From an uncultured Bacteroidales bacterium (lineage in GTDB: Bacteria; Bacteroidota; Bacteroidia; Bacteroidales; Muribaculaceae), in NCBI GenBank assembly GCA_902774055.1, contig CACYGX010000002.1:38650-102649 (forward strand): DNA of 64,000 bases, read 5' to 3'. A program made the position numbers and the translations under genes. The notes beneath the pieces are model-generated. The model saw only the letters and a list, made by a program, of their open reading frames with translations, was not told the origin of the DNA and did not search any database. Shown here one piece after another: positions 9,408 through 18,816 of the stretch. How positions within the stretch are numbered: position 1 is the first letter of the stretch; every line of letters begins with the position of its first letter.

Positions 9408-12254
9408 ATGGACAACAAAAAGAAAATAACAGCTACGAAGTTGGCAAAGGACAAAATCAAGCCGACGATCCATGCCGAGAGGTGTGTAAACATCACGCTA
9501 GAGGACTACAACCTTTTGCGTGCCGGCAAGAATATTGCCGCCTACAAGCGTTATGAGCCCGGGGTGGTGTACAACATCGTCCCTGATGTAAAAAGTGCGC
9601 CACAGGCCACCTGTGCAAATCGTGAGTGGAAAAAACACGAACTCTACAACAACATCGTTGGCTTGAACAAGCACAACACCGAAACCGATGCCACTTTCCT
9701 TGACACCGAGGCACCGCATCTTGCGGTCTATGAGCCTACGATGCGCATCAAGCGTGGCGGTGAAATATCCTTTGAGTACGTTGTTGACACACGGCACATG
9801 AAAGCCTTGCACGGCTATATGGAAGACGGAGAGTACAAGGTAGGCTTTGGCGACACCTTTACGCTTTACGTCAAGGACATGAACGGCAAGGAACTGTACA
9901 AAAAGACCACTTATGCGGGTCTTTTGCGGTGCAGGTTCAAGGTTGATAATTTCATTGGTGAAGGCTGGTATAGCGTACAGTGTGTTGACAACCACGGCAG
10001 GGGTAGTGCAATCCAGTATTTCAATTTCCTTGCCGAAGATGAAACAAACGACTTCTATGTGATGCAAGAAAGCGACCTGAAAGACTACGGCATCACCGCA
10101 TGCATCCGCAAAGACGGAGTGTTGTACAACCTTGAAGGAGAAACGCCCTGGGAGACCGACAATATTGCCGCTTACAAGAACAAGCAAGCGTTCACACGGC
10201 TTTTCAAGGAAGTCAAGCAGGCCGGCAAGAACGGGATCGTCCTGTACGCCCCGAAAGACATCGTATATCCCATTGACTACCGAGCCAATGTAGGCAAGAA
10301 TGAGATAGACCTTGGTGTGCAGACCTACAAGGTGTATCGTGTCAGCGAGGACAAGACATTTGTTGACCTGGGATCTATCCGGAAAGGCAACACCTTTATC
10401 ATCAACGGCAAGGCTTACACCGTTGACGAGGAAGACCCCATCAAGTGGATTTTGAAAGACGGTGCGCATTTGTATCGTGACGACAACGGCAAGGTGTGCG
10501 TCAAGTGGGGAAGTTATGACTTGCAAGAAAACGAGGTGCAAACCACAAGCAATTTCCTGCGCACCTATTCTAAGCAAAACTCGTTCTCAAAGGACAAGTG
10601 TACGCTTGCAAGCGGTTACTACTATGTGGTTGATTCCACCGTGCCTTTCCAAGCCGGGTTAGGCTTTAAGGGAGGCGATAATATCCAGTTCCCTGACAAC
10701 TTCACAGTTGATTTCAACGGGGCGACCTTTAAGGGTTTGTTCTGTGAAAGCATAAGGGTTGACGGCTCGATCATCCGCATTGTGATGAACAAGAACGTGC
10801 GGCTGAAAAACGGATTTGTCGAGGGCTTTTTCACAGACCTTGACGGTGACAAGTGGAAGCGCATGATGCTTGCCTGCGGCAGTCTTGGCGGCGGCTCAGT
10901 CGGTGAGTCCATTGAGGTTGTTTCCTTACACGCATCAACTGATTGTGTGTTTGAGAACATGGACTTTTCGGGTGCAGTCGGCTACGACAACATTGTCCGT
11001 TCAGGCAACAACTATCCGTCCAACGAAAGCGTTATCATGAACTCTACGCCGGTGTTTGACAGCATTGGCTACATCGACAACAAGGGCAACGAAGTCAACC
11101 AGGGGCTGATCCACGAACTTTGCCCGGACTCCACCGACAGGGATTGCGCCGACAGCGTGAGCCTTGTGCGATCTGGCTTTGTAAAGGCAAGGCAGCAAGT
11201 CCTTGTCCTCGCACCGAGTGCTGGCCAGTATTGGGGATGCGGCAAGTACCGAGAAATGTTCATCTCGTTCTACGACAGCAACAAGCGGTTTGTCAAGACC
11301 ATCAAGACACAGCTTTATTACAGGACGCAAGTGCCGCTTGAAGTGCTTGACAATGTGGACAAGGACGGATACTACTATGTCCGCATCAGCGGTTACGGCC
11401 TGTCGAAAGAAGGCCAGTTCGTGAACGCTGCATTTGAGATGTTGCGTCTTTACCGATGCACGAACAGGCTTAGTCATAATGTCTTGTTCAAAGGTTGCAA
11501 ATGGCATCATACGAGGACGTGTGCCATCACCGCTGCGGTGTGCAACAATATCGTCTATGACGGTTGCTCTTGGGAGTGTATTGGCGTAGAGCCGAGGTTT
11601 GACGATGAGATCGTTCAACCAAATGTAAAACCAAGTGTTTGGTGGGTCACTAACTGGCTTGCCGACCTTGAGGAAGGCTGGGAACACCGAGGATGCATCT
11701 CTTTCAAGAATTGCACCGCCGAGCGTGGCGTGTACCACCGCAACGAGAACGGCACGGACATCGACATCGTTGGCCGCATCAATTTCCAGCCCAACTGTGC
11801 AAGGAACTTCAAGATGGAACGCTGCAAAGGTTTCACGTTCAACTGCGTGGGCATGGAAAGCGCATGGTTCATGGAGAACGAGTTGGAGGGCATGACGATT
11901 ACGCACAACTGGATTGAGCCGAAGCAAGGTGTCCTGTACATGGGCAACAAGGTCAAGTCTATGCGTCCTGTCTATGAAGACGACGCAAAGACAAAGTTCA
12001 GCGACAATTACAAGGCCAACGGCAAGAAGGTAAGGCTCAACCGCTGTGATGACCACGTGGACAAGATGCTTGTGTTCTATGATTCTTACATGGCTTTAAG
12101 TGAAGGTTCTCACCCTTATTATTCACAACCATCAAGGTTTAACATAAGGCTTTTTAGTGGTAAGATTGAGGGTGCTGATGCGTTGGATTCGCTCTATGTG
12201 GAAGACAACCGATTAAAGGAGAAACGAGTTAACTGGCAAACAATGATAAACTAG
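9408..12254 (+). CDS. Large tail protein, possible beta-helix tailspike/depolymerase
   Basis: Start moved to ATG 9408, just after the previous stop; C-terminal half has beta-helix-like rungs (NVRLKNGFVEG, DCVFENMDFS, NVLFKGCKW, NIVYDGCSW, CISFKNC, NFKMERC). Confidence 0.5.
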   Translation: MDNKKKITATKLAKDKIKPTIHAERCVNITLEDYNLLRAGKNIAAYKRYEPGVVYNIVPDVKSAPQATCANREWKKHELYNNIVGLNKHNTETDATFLDTEAPHLAVYEPTMRIKRGGEISFEYVVDTRHMKALHGYMEDGEYKVGFGDTFTLYVKDMNGKELYKKTTYAGLLRCRFKVDNFIGEGWYSVQCVDNHGRGSAIQYFNFLAEDETNDFYVMQESDLKDYGITACIRKDGVLYNLEGETPWETDNIAAYKNKQAFTRLFKEVKQAGKNGIVLYAPKDIVYPIDYRANVGKNEIDLGVQTYKVYRVSEDKTFVDLGSIRKGNTFIINGKAYTVDEEDPIKWILKDGAHLYRDDNGKVCVKWGSYDLQENEVQTTSNFLRTYSKQNSFSKDKCTLASGYYYVVDSTVPFQAGLGFKGGDNIQFPDNFTVDFNGATFKGLFCESIRVDGSIIRIVMNKNVRLKNGFVEGFFTDLDGDKWKRMMLACGSLGGGSVGESIEVVSLHASTDCVFENMDFSGAVGYDNIVRSGNNYPSNESVIMNSTPVFDSIGYIDNKGNEVNQGLIHELCPDSTDRDCADSVSLVRSGFVKARQQVLVLAPSAGQYWGCGKYREMFISFYDSNKRFVKTIKTQLYYRTQVPLEVLDNVDKDGYYYVRISGYGLSKEGQFVNAAFEMLRLYRCTNRLSHNVLFKGCKWHHTRTCAITAAVCNNIVYDGCSWECIGVEPRFDDEIVQPNVKPSVWWVTNWLADLEEGWEHRGCISFKNCTAERGVYHRNENGTDIDIVGRINFQPNCARNFKMERCKGFTFNCVGMESAWFMENELEGMTITHNWIEPKQGVLYMGNKVKSMRPVYEDDAKTKFSDNYKANGKKVRLNRCDDHVDKMLVFYDSYMALSEGSHPYYSQPSRFNIRLFSGKIEGADALDSLYVEDNRLKEKRVNWQTMIN

Positions 12255-12259
12255 ACGAC

Positions 12260-14086
12260 ATGAAATTTTGTGACAACACTATCAGGGAAGGGGACGTGAA
12301 GATCAGGATTGTACAGGGCAATCTCCTGCGTCTTGCCATTCGCCTCACGCGGCGAACCTTGGAGAAGGTGGACGACGAGATAGAGGCCACTGACGAGGAC
12401 TTCATCCCTTCCAGCAACTACCCTGTGACTGTCGAGCTTTCCAAGGGCAGGGAGAAGCTGACCTTCAACGCCACCATGCGTGAGGGCAGCTTGGCGTGCA
12501 TCGAGGACAAAGGCACGATACCCGAGGGCACATACTGTGTCGCGGTGCGCTGCAAGGACGACTACGGCAACCCGTACCGTTTCAAGCAGCGGACGGTGGT
12601 GCGTGTTTACGACGTCACCGCTGACGCCGGGATCGTCGCACCCATTGAGTACGAGGTCGGCACATGGTATCTCGATGCGGCTATATTCCTTGCTTTGAGC
12701 GGCGAGGACGGCCACGACGGAAGGGGCATTGACGACATCCTCACCGAGGAGAGCGATGAGAACGGCGGCTACAACACCGTTACCTTTGTCCTTTCCGACG
12801 GCTCTACCCGCTGGTTCAGGGTGCGTAACGGCGGCTTCGACATCGACACGGTGTTTAGCACTACATCAACGAAGCCCCTAGCCAATGCGACCATCACGGC
12901 ACGTTTTAACGAGCTTAATGCTGCACTCGCTGGCCTGTTCGCCGGGGTGGCATACAACAGCACGGCCAAGCGGATCAACTTCTTCGGGCGCGACAATACG
13001 CTGATCGCATGGATTGACGCGACGCCCTTTGTCAAGGACAACGAGCTGACGAATGTGTACATCAGCAACGGCCAGCTTATCATCGTCACTACCTCGAGGA
13101 CGTTCTCCCTCCCGCTGTCCAGCATTTTCAATCCCAACCTGTACTACACTAGGTCGCATGTTGACAACCTGCTCAACGCTTACTACACCAAGGCGCAGGT
13201 AAACGAAAGGATTCAATTCATTTATAACGACATCTTCAATATGAAGCCGTTGTTTGTCCCTGTGGTAAAAAACGGCAACACTTACTCTTCGACTGTGGAC
13301 TTCGGGCAAATTCGCAATGCCGTCGTTGAGGACAATCGCATTGTGGTGGCGGTTGTAAATGGTGTTTTCTACCACTTGTTTGGCGAATCAAGTGATTATG
13401 TAGCGTTCTCGATCGTTTCCTTTGAGGAAATGATACAAACACTGTTGATCGTCAACAGCGACAATGAGTGGTGGGTAGATGAATATGATGGCGGATCTGG
13501 TGGAAGTGCTGACCTATCCAACTACTATACCCAAGCGCAAACCAACAACCTGCTTGCCGGCAAGGTTGACAAAGAGCAGGGCAAGGGTTTATCGACCAAC
13601 GACTACACAACGGCTGAGAAGGACAAGTTGGCTGGTCTTAGCGCACAAGTCCAGTCAGATTGGGAAGAGAGCGACACTAGCAGCCCTGCGTATATCCAGC
13701 ACAAGCCTACTATACCTACGGCTATCAACGGAAAGAGTGCGTATCAGATTGCTCTTGACAACGGATTTGAAGGCTCTGAGGCTGATTGGCTTGCCTCGTT
13801 GCATGGTCAGAACGGACAAGACGGTCAAGATGGACAGGATGGTGCAAATGGCGTGAATGGCCAAGACGGTCAAAATGGTGCTGATGGCAAGAGTGCCTAC
13901 CAGTCATATCTTGACACGACCACCGACAATCCTAAGAAGACCGAGGCGGCATGGGTAGCATCGCTGAAAGGTGAACAAGGGAACAACGGTTTTTCGGTAG
14001 AGGAAACATCTACAGCTATCGTGTTCACCGTTTGGCAAGGTGCAACTATTGAGGAAACATCAACAAAAATAACTATAACGGCATAA
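12260..14086 (+). CDS. Tail fibre protein with collagen-like repeats
   Basis: YYT.A...LL repeats, GKVDKEQGKGLSTNDYTTAEKDKL motif, twice GKSAY...W.ASL.G, and Gly-X-Y run GQNGQDGQDGQDGANGVNGQDGQNGADG. Confidence 0.7.
   Translation: MKFCDNTIREGDVKIRIVQGNLLRLAIRLTRRTLEKVDDEIEATDEDFIPSSNYPVTVELSKGREKLTFNATMREGSLACIEDKGTIPEGTYCVAVRCKDDYGNPYRFKQRTVVRVYDVTADAGIVAPIEYEVGTWYLDAAIFLALSGEDGHDGRGIDDILTEESDENGGYNTVTFVLSDGSTRWFRVRNGGFDIDTVFSTTSTKPLANATITARFNELNAALAGLFAGVAYNSTAKRINFFGRDNTLIAWIDATPFVKDNELTNVYISNGQLIIVTTSRTFSLPLSSIFNPNLYYTRSHVDNLLNAYYTKAQVNERIQFIYNDIFNMKPLFVPVVKNGNTYSSTVDFGQIRNAVVEDNRIVVAVVNGVFYHLFGESSDYVAFSIVSFEEMIQTLLIVNSDNEWWVDEYDGGSGGSADLSNYYTQAQTNNLLAGKVDKEQGKGLSTNDYTTAEKDKLAGLSAQVQSDWEESDTSSPAYIQHKPTIPTAINGKSAYQIALDNGFEGSEADWLASLHGQNGQDGQDGQDGANGVNGQDGQNGADGKSAYQSYLDTTTDNPKKTEAAWVASLKGEQGNNGFSVEETSTAIVFTVWQGATIEETSTKITITA
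13805..13888 (+). repeat. Collagen-like 9-bp/GXY repeat
   Basis: ggtcagaac ggacaagac ggtcaagat ggacaggat ggtgcaaat ggcgtgaat ggccaagac ggtcaaaat ggtgctgat. Confidence 0.85.
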
Positions 14087-14091
14087 ATATT

Positions 14092-14472
14092 ATGGCAAAG
14101 AAAGAATTTGAAATGAATATAGGCGGCACTACTAAGCCTATGTATTGGAAAGCGGAGAACGTGGTAACTCCAGTTGTCACTATTTCTACTACTGGTGATG
14201 TGTCGCAGGCATTGGATGCGGGCAAGTTCTACATCTTTTCGGGTGGTGTCGATTCGTTGACATTGACCTTGACCACACCCGACACTTGTGCTGACGGCAC
14301 TGTGGCATTGGCAGAGTATGGCGGCAAGTTTACGACTTCCGCTAATTGGGGCGGTGTCAAGTTGGCCATACCTGCTGCCGTAAGCGAGGCTGCGGGGAAC
14401 GATGAGGTAGAGGCCAGCAAGACCTATGAGTTCAGCATTGTTGACAACGTGATAACGGTTAAGGAGGTATGA
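14092..14472 (+). CDS. Phage tail-region hypothetical protein
   Basis: 126 aa ORF, in operon, AT-rich leader before ATG. Confidence 0.7.
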   Translation: MAKKEFEMNIGGTTKPMYWKAENVVTPVVTISTTGDVSQALDAGKFYIFSGGVDSLTLTLTTPDTCADGTVALAEYGGKFTTSANWGGVKLAIPAAVSEAAGNDEVEASKTYEFSIVDNVITVKEV

Positions 14473-15095
14473 GTTATTTGACGCAAAGACGCAGGGCGTT
14501 GTTGGCGGCTATGGGAGGCAATAAGGCTTTGCCTTATGATGCCGAGATTGAATATCTTGGGTCAACTGGAGCTCAATTTATTGATACGGGCATCATACCT
14601 ACTTCAAGCACTGGCATCGGTATTGAAATAACAAATGGCTCCAACACAGATAATTATTTTTGTGGTTTGAGAAATGATTCGGGGAACACAAGGTGGTGTA
14701 TTGGAACGTCTCTAAGACTCTATGCTGCGTATGGTTCGGTCATTGATACAAGTACTTCTGACAAACCAAATGGCACATTTCCATGCTATTTAAATTATCT
14801 TAATAGTAAGAAATTTACATCTAGTGTATCCCAGAAAGAATATGACCTTCCGTCGCTACTGTTCACCCCTTTGTATAACATACGTCTTTTTGGTTCGGCA
14901 GGTATTAGCGCGGGCTATGCATGGTGGTCAGGAAAAATACATTGGGCTAAGATTTCAGATGGCGAATCAATCATCATGGATTTGATTCCAGTGAGAGTTG
15001 GCAGCGTTGGCTATATGTACGATAAGATTAGCGGAAGATTGCTCGGTAATGACGGAACAGGCAATTTTGTTTTGGGTAACGATATAACAAATTAA
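14469..15095 (+). CDS. Tail-associated lectin/ConA-like protein
   Basis: YLGSTGAQFIDTG ... DLIPVRVGSVGYMYDKISG...GNDGTG pattern recalled from Bacteroidales phage tail genes. Confidence 0.55.
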   Translation: MSYLTQRRRALLAAMGGNKALPYDAEIEYLGSTGAQFIDTGIIPTSSTGIGIEITNGSNTDNYFCGLRNDSGNTRWCIGTSLRLYAAYGSVIDTSTSDKPNGTFPCYLNYLNSKKFTSSVSQKEYDLPSLLFTPLYNIRLFGSAGISAGYAWWSGKIHWAKISDGESIIMDLIPVRVGSVGYMYDKISGRLLGNDGTGNFVLGNDITN

Positions 15096-15101
15096 ACGAT
15101 T

Positions 15102-15647
15102 ATGAAATACTACAAAGAAATTGAAGGCAAGACCGTATTTTACAACGGTGAGAGCATAGTGATTGGTGACACAAGATATTTGTCACCGAGTGAAGAAATC
15201 ATCTTGCAAGCGGGATGGTTGCCGTACATACCTCCTGAACCCACCGAAGAAGAATTGCTTGTACAAGCGAAGGCAAACAAAGTGGCTGAAATTGATGCTT
15301 ATGACGCATCATTGGAAGAGTTCACTATCGGTGGCCAGCAAATGTGGCTTGGGCATGAACTTAGGCAGCAGTTAAAAACAAGCGTAGAGGCTTACATCGC
15401 CACTGGTGCGGAAACCGTTACCAAGTGGTTCAATGGGATGGAGTTCACATTCCCTTGCGCTACATGGTTACAGATGCTTGCCGTGCTTGAGGTGTATGCG
15501 GCAGAAGTGCTTAATACCACCGAAAGGCACAAGGCGGCAATCAATGCGCTTGAAAGTGTAAGCGAAGTTGAACAATACGACATCACGGAGGGTTATCCCG
15601 AAGTTGTTGTCTTCACACCGCAAATGCTGGCGGCTATGAACAAATGA
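15102..15647 (+). CDS. Tail fibre assembly-like protein (DUF4376-like)
   Basis: AK..KVAEIDAYD...F.IGG..MWL...R..L and YA.E.LN.TE.HKAAI.AL.S.SEV..YD...GYP pattern; position after fibres. Confidence 0.6.
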   Translation: MKYYKEIEGKTVFYNGESIVIGDTRYLSPSEEIILQAGWLPYIPPEPTEEELLVQAKANKVAEIDAYDASLEEFTIGGQQMWLGHELRQQLKTSVEAYIATGAETVTKWFNGMEFTFPCATWLQMLAVLEVYAAEVLNTTERHKAAINALESVSEVEQYDITEGYPEVVVFTPQMLAAMNK

Positions 15648-16231
15648 CGAACTCAAGTAACATAGGGGCGCAGGGTGTATCGTGGACGGTGTTCGGTTCT
15701 GAATGCCTGCAATGCGTGTTCGACCTGCGTTGGATGATAATCTTGGCGGTTGTCCTCATCATCACCGACTATTGGTGGGGCGTGAGGGAACTTGCCGAGT
15801 TGCGAAAGAAAGCGACCACAAGGGCTGAAAAGGAACGTCACAAGTTTCATTTCAGCCAAGCGGGTCGCAGGACATTGAACAAGGCGGTGGACTACCTGAC
15901 CTACCTCCTTGTGGGGTGTGTAGCGGGATTGGCCATCACCGAGCCGATGGGCATTGCCACGCACACGACAACGGCTGCGGTGGGTCTTGGCCTTGGCATG
16001 TTGTTTGAACTTTCAAGCATCGTGGGTCACATTGCTGTGGTCAAGGGAGTTGACATAAAGGTTAACTGGAAACGTCTGCTCGTTGCGATTATAAAGCGCA
16101 AGAGCGAGGACATTGCCGAAATCCTTGACGAAGGCATCGAGGAAATCGACGATGGCCACCATTGCGGTCAAGATGTAGTTGAACAAGAAAATAACGAAAG
16201 CGATGAAATTGACGAAAAACTTCAGTCTTGA
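15644..16231 (+). CDS. Putative holin
   Basis: Three hydrophobic segments, acidic C-terminal tail, directly upstream of the endolysin. Confidence 0.65.
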   Translation: MTNSSNIGAQGVSWTVFGSECLQCVFDLRWMIILAVVLIITDYWWGVRELAELRKKATTRAEKERHKFHFSQAGRRTLNKAVDYLTYLLVGCVAGLAITEPMGIATHTTTAAVGLGLGMLFELSSIVGHIAVVKGVDIKVNWKRLLVAIIKRKSEDIAEILDEGIEEIDDGHHCGQDVVEQENNESDEIDEKLQS

Positions 16232-16643
16232 AGAATTGGTGTTTTCCATCACCGCTCTTAATAACGGATGGGATAACACACCAAACCCTGAAGTTAAGGC
16301 AACCCTGAAACGCCTTGCTGTCGAGGTGCTTCAGCCAATCCGTGACGCATGGGGAGGCCCTATCCATGTCACCAGCGGATACCGTTGCCCACGACTTAAC
16401 GCGAGTGTTGGCGGCGTCAAAAACAGCCAGCATTTGCTTGGCCAAGCCGCCGACATTCAGGCAATTCCCATGACCAGCAATCATAGGCTTCACGCATTGA
16501 TTAAGCAGATGATTGCGGATGGGAGGCTAAAGGTCGGCCAGTGCATTTGGGAATACGGCTCTAAGACCAATCCCAAGTGGGTTCATGTTTCCTTGCCAAG
16601 AGTAGGCAAGAAAAACAACCAGTTTGTTTACTACTATTCGTAG
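16203..16643 (+). CDS. Endolysin, peptidase M15A family
   Basis: MKLTKNFSLEEL start; SGYRC..LN..VGG...SQHLLGQAADI and WVHVS zinc motifs. Confidence 0.9.
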   Translation: MKLTKNFSLEELVFSITALNNGWDNTPNPEVKATLKRLAVEVLQPIRDAWGGPIHVTSGYRCPRLNASVGGVKNSQHLLGQAADIQAIPMTSNHRLHALIKQMIADGRLKVGQCIWEYGSKTNPKWVHVSLPRVGKKNNQFVYYYS

Positions 16644-16646
16644 GCT

Positions 16647-16769
16647 ATGGAACACGAAAACGAACAACGTGCGATTATGGGAAGTGGGTGCATCACACTG
16701 ATTATATCGGTGTTGATAGCACTGTGCTTCCTTGTCGCATCTTTAATTGACAAAGTATGCTTAAATTAA
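16647..16769 (+). CDS. 40-aa single-TM protein in lysis cassette
   Basis: MEHENEQRAIMGSGCITLIISVLIALCFLVASLIDKVCLN fills the gap between endolysin and next gene (read by hand; below ORF-track cutoff). Confidence 0.5.
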   Translation: MEHENEQRAIMGSGCITLIISVLIALCFLVASLIDKVCLN

Positions 16770-17365
16770 ACAAGTACCTCATTCTTGCGATCCTGGCCGG
16801 CGTTGGCCTGATCTGTATCCAGCGCTACGAGATCAGTTCGCTCAAGTCAAAAAACGAGACGTTGACCGAGACAAAGCATGCCTTGCTGGACACAGTTACC
16901 AGGTACATGACAAAAACCGGCCTGCAAGCCGCACAGGTGGCCGAGCTTCGCCTCACGATGGATGAGCTGAGGAAGTATAGGGAAGCCGATGCAAAGCTCT
17001 TAGAAAGCCTTAAAACGAAGGGCCGTGACGTGGAGCGATACTATACGGTGGAGACGGTAACCCGGGACACGGTCCTGACGGTGCTGCATGACAGCGTGAT
17101 CATCCGCGAGACGGATCCGTTGAAGGTCCGGGCGATCAACATCGACCGGCGGTGGTACTCGCTGCACGGGTGGATCGACGGCGACACCCTGGCCGGGAAC
17201 CTCACTTGCAGAAGCGCGTTGAAGATCGTCGAGTCCGTCAAATACAAACGTTTTCTCGGGTTTCTTTGGAAGACCAACAAGGTCAAGGACCGGCACCTGG
17301 ACGTGACCAGTCTGAATCCCAATGAGACGATTGAAGATGTAGAGTTTATTGTTGTTGAGAAATGA
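16757..17365 (+). CDS. Putative spanin/lysis accessory protein (DUF6549-like)
   Basis: N-terminal TM, coiled coil, then RDTV, W....G.I..D and KRFLGFLW pattern; last gene of the lysis cassette. Confidence 0.55.
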   Translation: MLKLNKYLILAILAGVGLICIQRYEISSLKSKNETLTETKHALLDTVTRYMTKTGLQAAQVAELRLTMDELRKYREADAKLLESLKTKGRDVERYYTVETVTRDTVLTVLHDSVIIRETDPLKVRAINIDRRWYSLHGWIDGDTLAGNLTCRSALKIVESVKYKRFLGFLWKTNKVKDRHLDVTSLNPNETIEDVEFIVVEK

Positions 17366-17400
17366 TATAAGATTTAAGGTTTATAGGGTTAATATAAATG

Positions 17401-17440
17401 AAAGGCCGCGCTGATCCGGGAGGACGGGCGCGGCTTTTTT
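17401..17440 (+). terminator. Intrinsic terminator ending the late operon
   Basis: gccgcgc...gcgcggc stem followed by T6. Confidence 0.8.
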
Positions 17441-17559
17441 GTCGCACATCGTGAAGTATAGCTAAATAAACTTAACAATTCGCCTAATTCATTGATTATA
17501 AGGGAGGTGGACCGATCCTTGCACAGCTAGGGCAAACGGACTTTTAAAATTTTACGACT

Positions 17560-17928
17560 ATGACAAAGCAAGAATTCAAGAAGTGGAATGACGAGATGAT
17601 CAGCCGAATCATCAAGCAGAACGAGAAGATCAAGAGTGAGCTGAACACCAAGGTCCTGGACCGATACAACATGGTGGTGGTTTCGACGGACTTCTTTTAC
17701 GAGGTCACCAGCGACGACAAAGGATTTGCCGGGGTCAGGGTGATAGCAGTGATGGACGATGCCGCAAGGATGACGCGCCAAGCAGCCGAGCGGATCGCCA
17801 GGGAGTTCCACGCTGAGAACGGCTACGGCAAGATCGAGTGGCAGGTGATGACGGAACGCGAGTATCTCACCAAGCTCCTGGAGGCCAACAGCAGCACGCT
17901 TGAGATGATTTCGAAGTACAAGGACTGA
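17560..17928 (+). CDS. Phage accessory hypothetical protein
   Basis: 122 aa ORF after the late terminator, AT-rich leader. Confidence 0.75.
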   Translation: MTKQEFKKWNDEMISRIIKQNEKIKSELNTKVLDRYNMVVVSTDFFYEVTSDDKGFAGVRVIAVMDDAARMTRQAAERIAREFHAENGYGKIEWQVMTEREYLTKLLEANSSTLEMISKYKD

Positions 17929-17931
17929 TAC

Positions 17932-17964
17932 TAACCCGGGGCCGGGAGACCGGCCCCACAAAAA
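17932..17964 (+). other. Intergenic hairpin motif, copy 1
   Basis: TAACCC-GGGGCCGG GAGA CCGGCCCC-ACAAAA; perfect 8-bp stem with GNRA loop. Confidence 0.8.
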
Positions 17965-17974
17965 CGATACGACA

Positions 17975-18316
17975 ATGGGCAAGGACACAAAATTTACCGA
18001 GGCAATGAACAAGGTTTACCACATGGCCATTGAGACCGGGCACGACGACGTCATGGAGTACATCTTCTGCTACTTCCTCGACGAGGAGAACGAGGTGCTG
18101 AACGACTACGAGTTCATCCCGGCCTACCGGCAGAACGAGTGCGGCATGTACGGCCTGCTGCGTGACCTGATGAACTACGACTGGTTTTGGGTCAATAAGG
18201 ACGGGACCATCGACGTGGAGAACGCGAACTACCCGGAGGTGGCCAAGGCCATCCAGCCTTATGTCACTAAGGAGATGGGCCTCCAGGCCCTGGCAAGCTT
18301 TCCAAGGATCTTTTAA
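17975..18316 (+). CDS. Acidic, aromatic-rich hypothetical protein
   Basis: 113 aa; hand count about 20 D/E versus 9 K/R. Confidence 0.75.
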   Translation: MGKDTKFTEAMNKVYHMAIETGHDDVMEYIFCYFLDEENEVLNDYEFIPAYRQNECGMYGLLRDLMNYDWFWVNKDGTIDVENANYPEVAKAIQPYVTKEMGLQALASFPRIF

Positions 18317-18327
18317 AACGAGTAGCC

Positions 18328-18783
18328 ATGACACTGACTGAAATTCAAAACGCGGTGATTGAAAGGTACCGCATCAAGATTGACGATCACTCGGCCTGCC
18401 GGTCCAGGATGCACGCCCACGTGAAGGAGCGCCGGGTGTGCAAGTGGGAGCAGAAGGCCTCACTCAAATGCACGTTTGACCTGTTCCACGAGATCGGGCA
18501 CGTCGAGACAACGACGCCAAGGATGCGCCGGGCTGAGTCGGAGTACCATGCCACCTGCTGGGCGATCGACCGGTTCAAGGAATACGGCCTCGAAGTCCCG
18601 GAAAAGGTGATGAACCTCTACCAGTCCTACATCCTCATGGAGGTGGCCAGGGGCCTGCGTCGCGGAGGAAGGGGCTACGGCGAGCTGAACATCTACCGGC
18701 ACGCCGGGATCAACAAGTCGCTTGAGGAGTTCAAGAAAGAAATCAGCCCAAAGTGGGCAGCAGCCATCAGAGGCTGGAAATAA
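18328..18783 (+). CDS. Zinc metallopeptidase-like protein (ImmA/IrrE-like)
   Basis: LFHEIGH (HExxH) followed by AESEYHATCWA (downstream Glu...A..A), the ImmA/IrrE spacing pattern. Confidence 0.55.
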   Translation: MTLTEIQNAVIERYRIKIDDHSACRSRMHAHVKERRVCKWEQKASLKCTFDLFHEIGHVETTTPRMRRAESEYHATCWAIDRFKEYGLEVPEKVMNLYQSYILMEVARGLRRGGRGYGELNIYRHAGINKSLEEFKKEISPKWAAAIRGWK

Positions 18784-18816
18784 TAACCCGGGGAGGGTTT
18801 GACCCTCCCCACAAAA
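18784..18816 (+). other. Intergenic hairpin motif, copy 2
   Basis: TAACCC-GGGGAGGGT TTG ACCCTCCCC-ACAAAA; same flanks as copy 1 with a different but fully paired stem. Confidence 0.8.

Noticed and set aside
3198-12056. Long antisense ORFs in the tail region (3198..4184, 9498..10577, 11001..12056)
   Set aside because: Shadow frames of GC3-rich sense genes; no motifs.
13805-13982. Collagen-like repeats as a novelty
   Set aside because: A routine feature of phage tail fibres.
17500-17530. Promoter for the accessory cassette (GATCCTTGCAC)
   Set aside because: It resembles TATCTTTGCAC but has two mismatches in the -7 consensus, so I cannot support it; the cassette's promoter is unresolved.
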